NCBI RefSeq assembly: GCF_009914755.1
Contig: NC_060945.1
Length of the DNA: 64,000 nucleotides
DNA from: the human T2T-CHM13v2.0 reference genome, Homo sapiens
Reading direction: 5' to 3' (one strand)
Numbering within the stretch: the first letter of the stretch is position 1; the number at the start of each line of letters is the position of its first letter. Position numbers and translations under genes: made by a program. The notes below the pieces were generated by a model. It saw nothing but the letters and a program-made list of their open reading frames with translations, was not told where the DNA came from and ran no database searches. Positions 13,392-30,799 of the stretch are shown here, piece after piece.

Positions 13392-16192
13392 TGAAAAGTC
13401 ATTTATTTTAGTCATTGAAAATCAAGGACAATTCCTTGGTGGAGGCTGCATTTAGCTGGTCCCTAGATAGGAAGGATTTCTAGAGAAAGTGATGGAAGGG
13501 CTTGGGTTTCTGGGAGACTATACAGTATATACAAATGTGCAGGAACAGGAAAGCTGGGCTATGTTTGGCAATGAATGTTGTTGCAAAGTTAGGTGCATTG
13601 TTGGAAAGTTAGTAATTGAGTGCCTAATAAAAAGTAAGCTGAAATCAGTTGATGGAGTAGCTACAGAGTTCAGGGAGGTTGTCCTGGGGATTGTGCAATT
13701 TTACAATGGAGTAGGCACTGAGGACCTTTTAAATATTTGGGGACAGACGCAAGGATGTAAAGTGCAAGATTAATCTGTTTCCAGTCAATATGGCTTAATA
13801 CTCCAATCCAGAGGACCTGTCAGAATTACTGAGCAAGCTTTATGTAGACACACCATTTTTCCTACCCCTTAAATTCTGACTCACTAGGTCTGGGGTAGAG
13901 AATGTGCAGGTGTGTTTTGTAAAAGCTCCTAGATGACTGGCTAACACACAAATTGAGAAAGAGTTGGATAGAGAATGCTGAAATGAGAAAATATAAGGGA
14001 TTATTAGATAGAAATAAAGACTATTGCAATGTGTAGGAAGAACAAAAATGGAGATATAAACCAGGGTTTCCTAACATGAATTTCACATGCCCCTAGACTT
14101 TTGGGGTTTTATATTCCTATGAGAGTGCATGTAATATTTTGAGTGTATGTCTATTTTTTTTCTGGAAAAGGTGATCTAACCATGTATATAATATTTTCAA
14201 AGACTAAAATCACCCAAAATTAAGAACTACTAGGGCCAGTTAGTATGAAGTAAATGGGAGAAAGTTCATGAATCTACAATTGGAAGTATTTAATGACAGA
14301 GTAGATTGCATAGGGATGAAATTTGTGGCAAGAAAGAAAGGCAGAGAAGATTTCATAAAGTTTTTCTACCTGTTGATACTAAAAGAATTAGAATCATCAT
14401 ATTCCTTTTGTGAATTAGCATTAACTTCCTCTTACACTTGTATTTCAGTTAATAGAACTTTGATATTAGGCATGGTGTGAATGTGGCACCACAGGAAGTT
14501 GTTGAAGCAGTAGTGAAAAATTTAGAGATGACTACATAGCTTCAGAAATCATTCTTCTAGAAACATAGTTGAACACTTTTGAAGTTAGGGATCAGGTTGC
14601 TTCCATCTTGTTGCTCTAGTAGAAATGCAAGGAGAAAAATAAAGGCACTGCACTCCCTTTTAAGGAAACAATTTGGATTTTTATAAACAGAATCTACTAT
14701 GTCCTTAGAACTTAATCACAAGTTACACAAAGTTTTGGAGCGGAGGGGTGCATGAAAATGCAGACTTAATTCTAGGTAGTTATTTACCCAGCTAAAAATC
14801 AGAAGAAAAAAAGCAGTAGATATTGAAGAAAAACTATCAACCTGTCATAGTGAACATCAACAATTTTGAAGCATCTGATAATAAATGAACCCAACCATAA
14901 TATGAGGACATTTATCTCAACCTTCTCCTTAAATAATATATTTTGCTTAGAAAGATGTACAGATTTCTTTATAACATATCTTATGACACATTTTAACACC
15001 TGTCTTATACAGGTGATTCATATCCTGAAAAGATTAGAACACTTCCATGTTCAACTGGAAAGATAATATTACTGGTTGCAAATGCAGTTAAACCTATTCC
15101 AATGTTACTAAGCCTACTAGTCTTGAACCATTTTAAAACAATTTAAGATATTTTCACATTATCTAAAGATAACTAGGTTTTTTACAAAATAAAGTCTGGG
15201 GAAGGACAAAAGAAAAAGTAACAAACTCTTAGAGATCGATGATAGCAAATCTTCATTTTATAAAATTATAAAATGAAAAATTCCAGACTAAATAGAAAAA
15301 CAAAAACAACTATTAGTCTCATCAGCCAGAGAATATCTCCTATTATCATACAATGTAAACTCATGTGCTCTATCTCTCTCCACCATCACATACATGCACT
15401 CAATATTTTTATAATCTTTTGTAACTTGTTTTTCAATTGTTATATACTGAATACTTTGCCACATATTATTTTATCATATGCTTATTATGTTATTGTTTTA
15501 TGATACACTAATATAATTTATTTAACCAGTCAGCTCACAGGTGTACATTGAATTTACTTTCACCTTATTTTTAACTAATATAAACACTACTATGTTGATA
15601 AATACACATACATATAATTATATGTAGTGATTCCCTGGGTATATTCATTGGAACAGATGATAATGGCCTGAATGAAGGTGATGGCAGTGGGATTAGCAAG
15701 GCAAAGAGGGATCAGAGAAAATTTAGAAGGTAGAATTAACAGAGTCAAGTGATTGACTGTATAGTTGAATGATATCTGGAAAACTTAAACCAAAATAATT
15801 ACCTCCTAACATTATGCTGTTGCTCTATTGTTCTCCGCTCATTTGATCTATAACATTTCTTTCTTTCATGGGAAGGAAGATGCAATCAAGAATAGAATAA
15901 ACAGAAGATTTGAAGTGACTGGTAGATTATTTTTTAAACTTATAGCAAGTGTAATGAGCTCTAAACAAATTGGTCTGGTTTGGAAGAGATAGACTCACAA
16001 GAAAAAAAAATGGTTTTACTTTTAATTTCTAAAGTTCATGGCCAGAAATATTAGCCTAATCCTAGAGACCTGGATCATAGAACTTATCATAGTTAACTAT
16101 CAAATAGAGAAGACTTTAGGATATGATCTGAAGGTAGTCATCCATCATATAGAACACCATGATACTTTCTAGACTGGGGTCAGTGAAGAGAC

Positions 16193-16341
16193 TAGTGTCC
16201 TAGAGAGAGAAGAAAAAATTGAATATAGGCAAATATTCCTTATTTCACTCCTAGTTTTACACTAGTGGTCGTTAGTGTCCTAGAGAGAAAAGAGAAAATT
16301 GAATATAGGCAAATATTCCCTATTTCACTGCTAGTTTTACA
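16193..16341. repeat. Local tandem duplication: 69-bp unit x2 with 11-bp spacer
   Basis: 16193-16261 versus 16273-16341, 4 mismatches. Confidence 0.95.
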
Positions 16342-16783
16342 ACCTCTAGGGGAGGGAGTGAAAATCAGAGATGTGTAATTCCACCTTTATTATACACTAA
16401 ATTCTCATACATTCTAGAATATTCTAGTCCATTTTAATATTGTAGATACAATAGTAATAACTATTGTTCTAGATTTTCTTTTCCTTTTCAAGATTCCTTG
16501 AAAACTGGAATCTTTTTTTCATGGAGCTTATCCAGGGGTAGCATAGGACATAGTCTTTTTTGTTTTTCCTAAGTTTCATTCAGACTTTACTTTTTCTTCT
16601 GTCTTTATGCAGATAATCAAGTACTTGATCCTTAGCAGATAGGCTCATTTATTCACTTAGTCAACAAATACATTAAATACCTTCCATATGGAAAGCAAAT
16701 TATTTTAAGTTGTAAAATTAATTTCAGCTACAATTTATTGTATTACATTTTTTTAATGTTAATTGAACATATCAAGGCCTTTA

Positions 16784-17315
<532 letters not shown>

Positions 17316-20300
17316 TTATTTGTTAGTGCTTCTAGTATCTTTCCCAAGAATTCAAGTGGAACAGAGAATCCAGTGAAATTTGGTGCTTTGCATCATTACT
17401 AAACTCATATCTGCAAGGTAATCATGTGTGATAAGGCTAAAATGTAAAAGCATTTAAATCAATAGCTCTTTCAGATGTTCTTCTGATAAAATTGCTTCAT
17501 TTACTTTCCTAACTAATTTATGTAAGTGAAAAGATTAAGAGAAAAACTAATATTAGGAGTAACAGGATCCAAAGAATGTATTGAACTTCATTGTTTTAGT
17601 TGGCATCTTTGCGAGCCTTTTAATGATCTGATCTCAGAAACATCTATCTTAGAAAGGGGTATACTTTCTGGCTTCATTTACTTGAAAATAAATTAAGTTA
17701 GGGTCATAAGCAGAGGTTAGGTTACTTCTACCTGGAAATTAATCAGAAATTTGATTTTGCCCTTTGTATTGCTTTTCTGCCCCCACATCTCAACACACCT
17801 TCTGTCGTACAATCCTAAAGCTCCCTTTCTTGCATCGTGGCAGTTTAAAGGAATTTGAAGTTGTGGATTTCCATATTTACATAATTATATACTGAATATA
17901 TAATATAATAGGGTAGGGTAAAGTGTTTTTAAAAGATGTGACATCTTAAAGAAAATCCACAGATATCATAAGTGAGTCTAATTTATTGGCAAATTTCAGG
18001 CTATGTTCTTAGTCATATTTCTGCTAGAAGAAAACTACTTTCCATTTTGTGTTTTCTCATTTGCATTACTGCAAAGTTATTCATGCATATGAAAAGGATA
18101 TTATTCATCTCTGTATTCCTTTCTCTCCTTATTCCAAACCCAATGATTTTATGAGTTATACATAAAGAAACACACTGCTATATCTATATGTTTATACATA
18201 GATATCTATGTGATTCAAATTTGGTATTACAGCTGGATAGCAACCCCAAGTGATAACATTATGTGCTACATGTGTCTTATTACATCATTAATGATATACC
18301 AAAATTGTCAAATATGTTGAAATCCAACAATTGTAACTGACAAGCTTTAGCATGATTTGCCTCCATTGGGAATGAAAAAGAGATAGAGGAATGTATTTCT
18401 GAATTCTTCCTCAAAGTGCATATGGCTGTACGATAAGCTCTTGTTTCTTACCTGCTAATATTTTTAGTGAGATGCTGTTGTCACAGTATTCATGGTAACT
18501 GGTTTCTGAAGTTTTTATGTGCATAAAGCCATATCATCTCCTAAATTGAAATTCCAGTGATATTCCAGAAGGAACTATGAAGGTGAACTGGCAAGAAGAA
18601 AGATGACCAACCTGACAGGGCTTTTTCCTTTCTCTAATGTTTGATTCTTCTTATCTCAATATCCCAAGGAAATTATTTCACTTGAAAGTTTAGGCAGAAT
18701 CCGCAGAAAAAAAAATTTCTCTTTTCTACTCTCCAGTTCTACTCCTACCCCTTAGAAAAGCAAATGGTATTCCTTCAATTCTTGAAAGTTTTTCCTTAAA
18801 ATATCTTGGCATTTGCAAGGCAGAGGAAAATAGGGTTGACAGTGAATTTCATGGACACAAACCTCATTCATGACAATGATGAGGTATTCAAGATTTCTCA
18901 CCCTTTGTGTCCTGCTTTATGTGTATTTAGGGATGGCATGAAGGAGGAGAAAGAGGAAGCTTATACTTTTTTCTTTAAAATTAATTCCCATTTAGCCGTT
19001 AAAGAGTGGAATCGTTTTTAAGCCGGGAAGACATTGTATTTGCATTTTCCTTTTCAATAATTGTAGCAGATATGAAAGTGAATAGACAATGGCAGTCACA
19101 TACAGAATAACCTGGTTTCCTAGATGGACCCACTTGTCGGAGATCAAACGGCTACAGCACATTTAGGGTTACACTCTCTTTCCCTTCCTCCTTATTCTCA
19201 ACTGCAGTGGAGCTTGTTCCAAAGTTGCCATGGTAACACTATATCTGGCTGCTAGCTCTGTCGTAAGTTATTGAACTGAGACTGGCTTTTGGTTTAGCAG
19301 ATAATTAGGTTCTGTCTCACAGGTTCATTTTCCTGTGACTGGGACGTGAATATGACCTACAGCTGGCCTCAATTTCAGTGTCACAGACAAAACTTTAACC
19401 CTTCCAAGCTCCTCTGGCACACTCCTAAGCACCGCTTGTGTGGTAGAGGAAGTCCAGTGTATGTCACCCATACCTTGAGGAGGATTACCAAGTCCTCATT
19501 TTATTTTTTATCTTTAGCATAACACTAAAGAAAATATAGTGAAGGTTGTACACATAGAGCATTTTCAAAATAAAAAATATAACAATGTGATATATAGTTA
19601 TGTATTTTATATATACTACATGAAACTTTTTGTAGTCATATTATTTCCTTGAGTCTCTAATAATTTTTAAGTCACACTGAAATTTCTTCTGTTATAATTA
19701 GGAATCCACAGAATTTCAATTTCAAAACCTCTGTTCTCAGAAATATTAGGTGGGTACTTTTATTCTCAGCTTTGAGAACTGTCTGCCAGTTCATTGACAC
19801 TCCTCTCTCTGCTCTTATATACCCTGAATTATAGCTGACATTAAAAGGTTCCATTGGAGTCACAGGCAGACCCATATGACAGGAAACACCGCTACCACTC
19901 TACTAAATGCCAAAATGCTCACTCAGGGCTTAAATCTTGCTGGCTTGGAAAACCAGCTACTTCTTTTGCATGTTGTATTTGGAAGATTTCAATCAGTTAA
20001 ATAGCTGCCCTTTGTTTAAGACAAAGAAAGAAACATAACTTTGGGAACAGATATTGAATTCACAATATCCATGGCAACACAGAGAGCTGTGGAATTGCTA
20101 AGAGAAGATGTACCTTTGTATGTCAAACAATGGGAAAGACCTTCAAGGAAATCTGTTTAAAATTTTTAGTGTATGTCACCTAGAAGCTTAACATGAAAAG
20201 GTAAGAAAGGAATAGGGAGAGTTGAGTTTACCAGAATTAAAACATGAGTTAAAGGAATTCCATACCCTAATTGGCCGAAGGATCACCTAACCATGTTAAT

Positions 20301-20469
20301 AGTGACAGGTAAAATTTGTGAAAGGGAAGATTAGAAGATTCAACAATTGCATATTGGACTTATGATGTGTGTGTGTATGTGTGTGTGTGCGTGTGCGCAT
20401 GTGCACAGGCATATGTCCCGCATAGACTGTACTCTATTTTAATCCGTGCCTTTCATTCTCAAACTCTAG

Positions 20470-20720
20470 ATGACAAGAGCACCTCAAAGGCAGCAGCCTC
20501 AAGGAGCAGCCATGGCCCCAGACTTGTCGCACGGATGCAGAAAACTTAATGGAGGAGGCTGAGGTCAGAATGGGAAGAGTTTTTAAAAAATAAAAAGGGG
20601 AGCTAATATGTGAGGAACTGATTGCTGTGCATTATTTTCCACTGAACAGACCTTCTTTTAACTTCTAATCTCAAGCACATAGCAGCTGTTGTTTTCATAT
20701 TAAAGATCAGTAAGTGTTTG
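20470..20720 (+). ncRNA. MIR99AHG: Putative terminal exon of MIR99AHG (3' end uncertain)
   Basis: Branch-like TTTAAT about 20440, pyrimidine tract, acceptor CTCTAG| at 20469, purine/GC-rich exon-like sequence, AATAAA at 20589-20594 and ATTAAA at 20699-20704. Confidence 0.6.
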
Positions 20721-20869
20721 TTGAATGAATGTATAAATTCTTCCCCAATCTCTGTTCCATGTAATAAGAACTAAGTTAGCATTCAATTATAAAGAGGACT
20801 TAGAAAGTCTGCAGACATTTTTGATCAAAAATCCTTTTAACTGTCTTCTTATGGTTCCCGGTAACACCT

Positions 20870-21535
20870 AAGCCCAAAAAACTCAGGTCATTTCTTGCCT
20901 GTACTGTTGCAATAGCCTCATAATAACTAGTCTTCTCCTTTATCAACCACAGTCGTCTCCGCTACACAAAGAAGAGAGGGTGCTAATCTAAAGTGTAAAT
21001 TATTTTAAATCAGCACCCTTCTTGTAATTTCCCAGTGGTTTTTCCTGTCATAAGAATAACATGCAAAATTCCTTGCTTGCAAAGCCAGGTATGACCTTGC
21101 CCCGTCTACCTTACTGGCATCGTCTCTCATGACTCTTCCCCTTTTTCACTCTCCATCTTGCCTTTTCCCAACCATGCCTGCTAGTGAGCCTTAGCCCTTG
21201 TGTTTTCTCTGCCAGGGATGCATGACTGGCTTCTTTACTTTATTCTGATCTCTCTGCTCAAATGTCATCTTTTTAGAGATAGCTTTCCTAAACATCTTTA
21301 AAAGTACCCCATGAACTGTGAAACACCTTTCCTGCTTTTTCTTCATAGTACTTATCACTTCCTGATATTATGTTAGACAACAAGCAAATAAGTATATGCT
21401 GTTCCCACTAAAATATAAGCTCCATTTGAACAGGAGCCTTGATTATTCCTGAGTATACCCCTAGTGCCCAGAACCTAGTAGGGCTTTAATAAATATTAGA
21501 TTCATTTGTTGAATGAAAAAATGAATGAATAATTG
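20870..21535 (+). mobile_element. L2 3' portion
   Basis: L2-type motifs ending AATAAATATT...TTTGTTGAATGAAAAAATGAATGAAT. Confidence 0.75.
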
Positions 21536-21814
21536 AATAAAGATATCCAGGTAGAGTGTCCGGGCAGCCCAACCTATGTGAAGCCAGTACAAGAATGTTT
21601 CTGTGACATAGTGAGTGCAATTATTCCTCTAAATGATGAACTTGCATGAGTACACAAGGATAAAATTAAGCACGTAGTTTAGATTTCTGCAAGTCTCTTC
21701 CTCAGATTGAGGAAAAACAAAGAAATTGAGCTTATTCTCACCTCATTCTTACATGAACTAAATCCAGAATAAAGCATCATTTAAATACCAAGCACATCCC
21801 TACCTCAGCCACTC

Positions 21815-22035
21815 ATGGAATACTTTATCTGTAAAGGGACAGATAGATAGTAAATATTTTTGGCTTTGGGGACCGTACAGTCTGTGTCGCCACTACTCAG
21901 CACTTCTGTTGAGGTGTGGAATCAGCCCTAGACAACACATAAACAAATGGGTGTGGCTGTGTTCCAATAAAATGTTATTTATAAAACTAGGAAATCAGCA
22001 GATTTAGTCCACAGGCTGTAGTTTGCTGACCCTTG
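21815..22035. mobile_element. MER58A-like hAT-Charlie DNA transposon
   Basis: GTAAATATTTTTGGCTTTG...GGCTGTGTTCCAATAAAATGTTATTTATAAAA...GTAGTTTGCTGACCC. Confidence 0.8.
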
Positions 22036-22320
22036 AATTAGAGAGTCTTCCCCAAATCCTCTTCCCAAGTTATTGAAAGAATGCCCATAGGACCATAGCT
22101 CCCTCACCTGGTTCTTTCAAGAAATGAGACAAATTCAGGGATGGTTGGAGGGTGGAACGCCTACCTGTGACATGACTATTGAGCCTGATTTCTTTCCTTT
22201 TATCTCTTTAAAGTGAGTCAGGTCTTAACTTTAAACTGTCTCTAAAGTGGCAATAACTGGGCCATGTCAAATACTCCCAATGACAAAATTTCTTCTTGGA
22301 GAATGAATGAGGGTTGCATA

Positions 22321-22485
22321 CAGTGGTGTGTTGGTAAATGTTTAGCAACTGGCTCTCTTACTGATTTCTGTAGTGTAAATTCTCCCATCCTGGCCATCTG
22401 AAACTACCAATATGATGTCACTTGATGTAGAGTTGGGAAAAGACAGTCTCTTGAATAAGTATGAGCTGGTTCCAGCCCACTGCTG
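22321..22485. mobile_element. MER63-like hAT element
   Basis: Termini CAGTGGTGTGTTGG and CCAGCCCACTGCTG form degenerate TIRs. Confidence 0.65.
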
Positions 22486-23774
22486 AACACATATTTAAAA
22501 GCTACAATAGCTCTGCTCACTGCCATTGCAGAGTCTGGAGGAAAGAGTAGCAGGCTTGATAGGAGCAATTGGCTGAATAATCTTTTGCAATGCCAATAAA
22601 TAATGAAAAAGTATATAAATATAACGCTGTATAGAAAGCTCTCAAGTTCAGTGTTTGGTTAAAATACATACTCAGTAAATGGTAGCTATTATTGTCTTAG
22701 TTTAAGTTATTGCAAGCATTAAAATTAAATGTTTAGCTACAGACTCAATCCAGTTTTAATGTCATTGTGTTAATAAGGCCTCTTAACATTGAAGCAACAA
22801 AGATAAAGGAATTTTTTTGTAGCTATTCACGATTCTGCCCAGCTCAAGGTAAAGATAGCAACAAAATACTCCAACCAGAATAAAAGAAGTCTCCACTTGA
22901 CTGCAGCTCTTCACAACACTTCACAAGGGTCAAGCTGTGTTAGTTTCCTTCAGTGTTAAACAGAATGCATCTTAAGAGAATAGTTCAATTATTGATTGAA
23001 TAGTAGGTTCAAGTTGACTATAATCCCAACTAATACACTCTAAGACCAGGGATGGGCCGACAGAAGGGTAAAGTTTTCCACTCAAGTCTCGAGGCAAACA
23101 CTCAGATAGAAGTAGTAATATGGATGCCTTCTATTATTTGGTCACATACAATACTGTTCCAGCCCAGTTGTGCAAAACTGGTGAAATAAAAGGCAAAAAT
23201 ATTGACAACAGTTTGGGTAACTGGATTCCAAAATGGGCATCCATCTAAGAGAAATTAATGAAAAAAAAGCATATGGACCTTGAAATACATTAATACACAG
23301 TTTAGGTTTAAACACTCAGTTTTTATTAGAAAAGACTAACTTATCCTGTTTTGAACACTACAAAAGTGCTTTCTGAACCATTTACTCTCAAACCTCCTCC
23401 ACCCATTCCCCTCCATCTATAACGCTTTCTGCACATCTGTAAAAGGTATGACTTAGTGTTTGGTCTGTGAAATAAGGTTAAAAAGGAAGCATTTCTTTTT
23501 ACATTCTAGCTAATGTTGATATTTTTCTCATGCTTCTATTAGCACATAATTCAGATACATTAGTTTTGAAGTTTTGAATCTTCTCTGCTTCTTGAGGGCT
23601 CTCTGTTCTAGATCAACATGATCTGTGGAACACCAGCCAAGTCCTGGGCAGAACCCTCCCCGTTGTCCAAATATTACTGAATCAGTTGAGTTTTCTCTGT
23701 TGTCAATGAATTATTCCACATGTTTCTTTGCTACATTTTTTTTGGCTTTCTGTTCACAGTAAATATAGCCTTTG

Positions 23775-24200
23775 TTTTTAAAAACTTCTATTATGAAAAT
23801 TCCAAATATATGCAAATTAGAGAGAATAGCATAATGAACCTCTATGTGCTTATCACACATATAGGTTCAACTAATTAAATTATATCAATTTATGGCCAAT
23901 CTGGTTTCATTTATAACATCATTCGCTCATTCCTAACTCCCTGGATTATTTGATTGACATGTTTCTAAAGTTCCTTTTAATCTGTAGGTTCCCCCTCTCA
24001 TTTAATCTTTTGCAACTTATTCATTGATGAAACTGGGTTATTTGTCCTTTATTGTTTCTCTCATTCTGAAATATGCTGTAATGTCATTAACCATATTCTT
24101 CTTTCCTGTATTTTCTGTAAGCTTTGAGCTAGGCAGAAATATTTTAATCAGATTCCTTTTTTTTTCTTTTAGCAAGATTTCTTCATAAATAATATTGTAT
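23775..24200 (-). mobile_element. Old L1 (L1MC/ME) 3' fragment
   Basis: TTATTATGAAAATTCCAAATATATGCAAATTAGAGAGAATAGCATAATGAACC-type antisense 3' end. Confidence 0.55.
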
Positions 24201-25723
24201 GTGTTCATGAAAATAGAAATAAAAATAGAAATAAAGAAGAAATAACAGAAAAAGGACAGAAATTGTTAAAATTTTTTTATGAAAACAGATAGTAAATAAC
24301 ATTGTAATAAATCCCAACAGAACATAGAGAACCTGACTTTATTGACGTTAGTGGGAGGAGGTTTGTGATTTTAAAACTATATATTATGGTTATGTCATCT
24401 AAAAATCAAATATTCAAGCACATATATTAAAATTAGTCATCATTACATTTTTCCAAAATAAAAAATAAAACTAAACCAACATTAACCATCAGTGATTCCA
24501 TCAACTGAGCAAGTTTGAGTAGCATTACCCTAGTGAATATCAGACTATCGATTATTCTATTCATGTACCTGAAATTGGATAACAGTATGAAGAATTTCCT
24601 GAACAAATACAAGATACATATTTAGACCTTCTCCAGTCTAGAGGAATACTTGCTTCTTGTCAGAATGAAGAATGAGGAGTATTGTTTTAGAACTGGACTT
24701 CTTTGATGACCCTTAAGTAAACCAATATGGACCAGATAACAGGAGCATTTCAAAGCATCAGAATTTTGGGGGATTCTTGTGGTGGAGCACAATGAGGCAT
24801 TCCAGCCTACTCTAAGAAAATAGTTCATCCCTGTCAATATCCTGGGAAGCAGAGTTCAGATAAAACTATGAAGACACAATGTAAAATGTCAGTTGTCTTT
24901 GCAAAACATTAAGTATATGTGTATTCTTGGGAATGGGGGGAAGTATGTAATTATTTGTGGCTTTTCAAAAATGAATGGCTTTTGAAAAGCCACCTCTGTA
25001 GTGCCTTTTTGATTCCTCTTACGAAAAAAACAAACCTGGAAAAATTAGTAGTCTTTAATTTATAGTTAGTTAGCACATTATGACAGAACTTTAATCTCAT
25101 ATCTCACTAGGTAGAAATGAAATAATACATTTTCCCATTATATATTGATTGGAGTTAATTAAATATAGTTAGTATTCCATTTACATTGATGCTTTTTGTT
25201 CAAATCTATGGTATTATGTATAAATATGCCAATTATTCAGTAAAACATCACTAAAATTAAACCTATATTGTTATGAAGCTGTTAGAAAATATCTTCTTTG
25301 AATTCTGAGAGCTGTATTATATTAGTTTAACTAGTTATCTTGAAATTCTGAAGTTCCTTGAATCTATTTTAATTTTGTATCAGGAATTGGAGAGGTTTTT
25401 CCAGAAAAGTGTTACTTAAATGCATCAAATGCAATGTGGGAATTTTGACCCACTTCTTGTATTTCTATTTTCCTGCTGTTTTTGCCCCCAGAGGAAGAAT
25501 ATAAACATTTTGCTTATTGTAACACATTGCTTCATTATGATATATTATTGTTACCATTTTTTTTAAAAAAGAATGTTTCTAGGTTTTAATTAAGCTCCTT
25601 CACCTAATATGTAATTTTAAAGTTATTATTTCATATAATATCTAACTTGCCACAGTTAGGAACCTGGAGCAGACTGAACCTTTGGACAAAATGATGCCGT
25701 TATTATGAAAACAGAAAAGCATA

Positions 25724-26007
25724 GACCAGGTGTGGTGGCATATGCCTATAATCCTAGCACTTTGGGAGGCTGAGGTGGTTGGATCACTTGAGGTCAGGAG
25801 GTCAAGACCAGCCTGGCCAACACAGCAAAACCCCGTCTCTATTAAAACTACAAAAATTAGCCTGAAATGGTGGTGGACACCTGTAGTCCCAGCTACTTTG
25901 GAGGCTGAGGCAGGAGAATCGCTTGAACCCGGAGGCAGAGGTTGCAGTGAGCTGAGATTGTACCACTGCACTCCAACCTGGGCGACAGAGTGAGACTCTG
26001 TCTCAAA

Positions 26008-26042
<35 letters not shown>

Positions 26043-26044
26043 AA
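25724..26044 (+). mobile_element. AluS with (TAAA)n tail
   Basis: Full dimer followed by a (TAAA)n microsatellite tail. Confidence 0.93.
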
Positions 26045-26159
26045 TCATAGCTGTAGGCAACTTCAAGCTTATAATTTTGCAGAGCAATAGCAGTAAGATA
26101 CTCTGTACAAAGTTAAGTCAAGGATTATTGCACATCTCATATGATGGGATTCTTTCTTT

Positions 26160-27555
<1,396 letters not shown>

Positions 27556-27762
27556 GGATTCTTATATTTTTGTTTCATATTTTGTAATATATCAGGTCCA
27601 TGAAATTAGCTATCTTAAGTAAGTTGCTTTTGTGTTGTTTCTTATGACAATTCTGATTAGAATATTAATACAAACGTGAAATGCAGCTTTTACCAACAAA
27701 TGGGCTAGTTTTTATTGAATCAATAAAACCCATATTTTGAGAGTTTTACTCAAAAGAACCTA

Positions 27763-29080
<1,318 letters not shown>

Positions 29081-29715
29081 AAAGAAATGGCAATTACTTA
29101 GAGAGGCTTGGAAGGTATATTTCAGAAACCGATGTGACAGCACTTACTGATAATTACAGTGTTAAAAAAAAAGTTTCTGTTTTGAATGTTCATGTAAATT
29201 TGCATTAAATTTAATTGTTGTCAAATGTGTAGTTTATGTTCTAGTGTGACAATTTTTAATTTTGTTTATATTCATTTATGATTCATTTGAAAGGGTTTTT
29301 GTGTAAATTGATTGATTTGTAACAAAATGCCAATTCTCATGGTACATTATTAAAATTCTGTGTTAGTGATAGAGCTGCTTTTTATAAAAAGGATACTTTC
29401 CATTAACATTTGAAAGTAAGTATTCCTCACTTTATCCTGATAATGATAATGACAAAAACTTGTATGGGAGGATGTGAACCAGCACTACACAACTTCTAAC
29501 GTTTTGTCTTACAGTGCTTCAATTTTCTATCTTGTAAACTTATATTTGTCCAGCTAATTGGATTACATTAAGTGATCTGGTATTTTTAAGCAAAACAAAA
29601 TAACAGATCTTTGTAAGAGCCAAATCAAAGACTTTGGCCTATTATACATGTAAGCTAGGCTTTATTTGTTGTCATTTTAAAGAAATAGTAATGGTGACCA
29701 AAAAACAGCAGAATC

Positions 29716-30359
<644 letters not shown>

Positions 30360-30799
30360 AAAATAGCAGAATCTTAAGAGTTAGAAGACACGGTTAAAAT
30401 CACCCACCCTCTCTTAGGCTGAAATTCCTAAGCAACACATCTCTCTGGCTTATAGCATTTTAATTAAGGAATTAACATTTTCTAAGGTAAGGAAGTTACT
30501 ACTGTCGTAGGCAACTAATCACATTTTTGCATAACTCTAATTTTTAGGAAGTTCTTTCTTATTTGAACCAAATTTTATCTCTGGACTAATACCAAATATG
30601 TCTATATGACAGCACTTTGAATATTGGAGGTCTGTTTTCATGCCCTTCTCCCCAGACAAACCTTTAATTTGTTACAATAAATTTTTAAGGATCTCTGGAA
30701 TTACGGCATTATTGTTATACATCTACATGGACTTATGATAAAGTTTTCCAGACCACGAAGTCTGCCCAAAATTTTGGAGTTTAACTTAACGAAATTAGA

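Noticed and set aside
20367-20549. 60-aa ORF MCVYVCVCV...RMQKT
   Set aside because: It starts in the TG repeat at a non-ATG codon and crosses the acceptor. Only the exonic tail could be coding, and only through an upstream exon not identified here.
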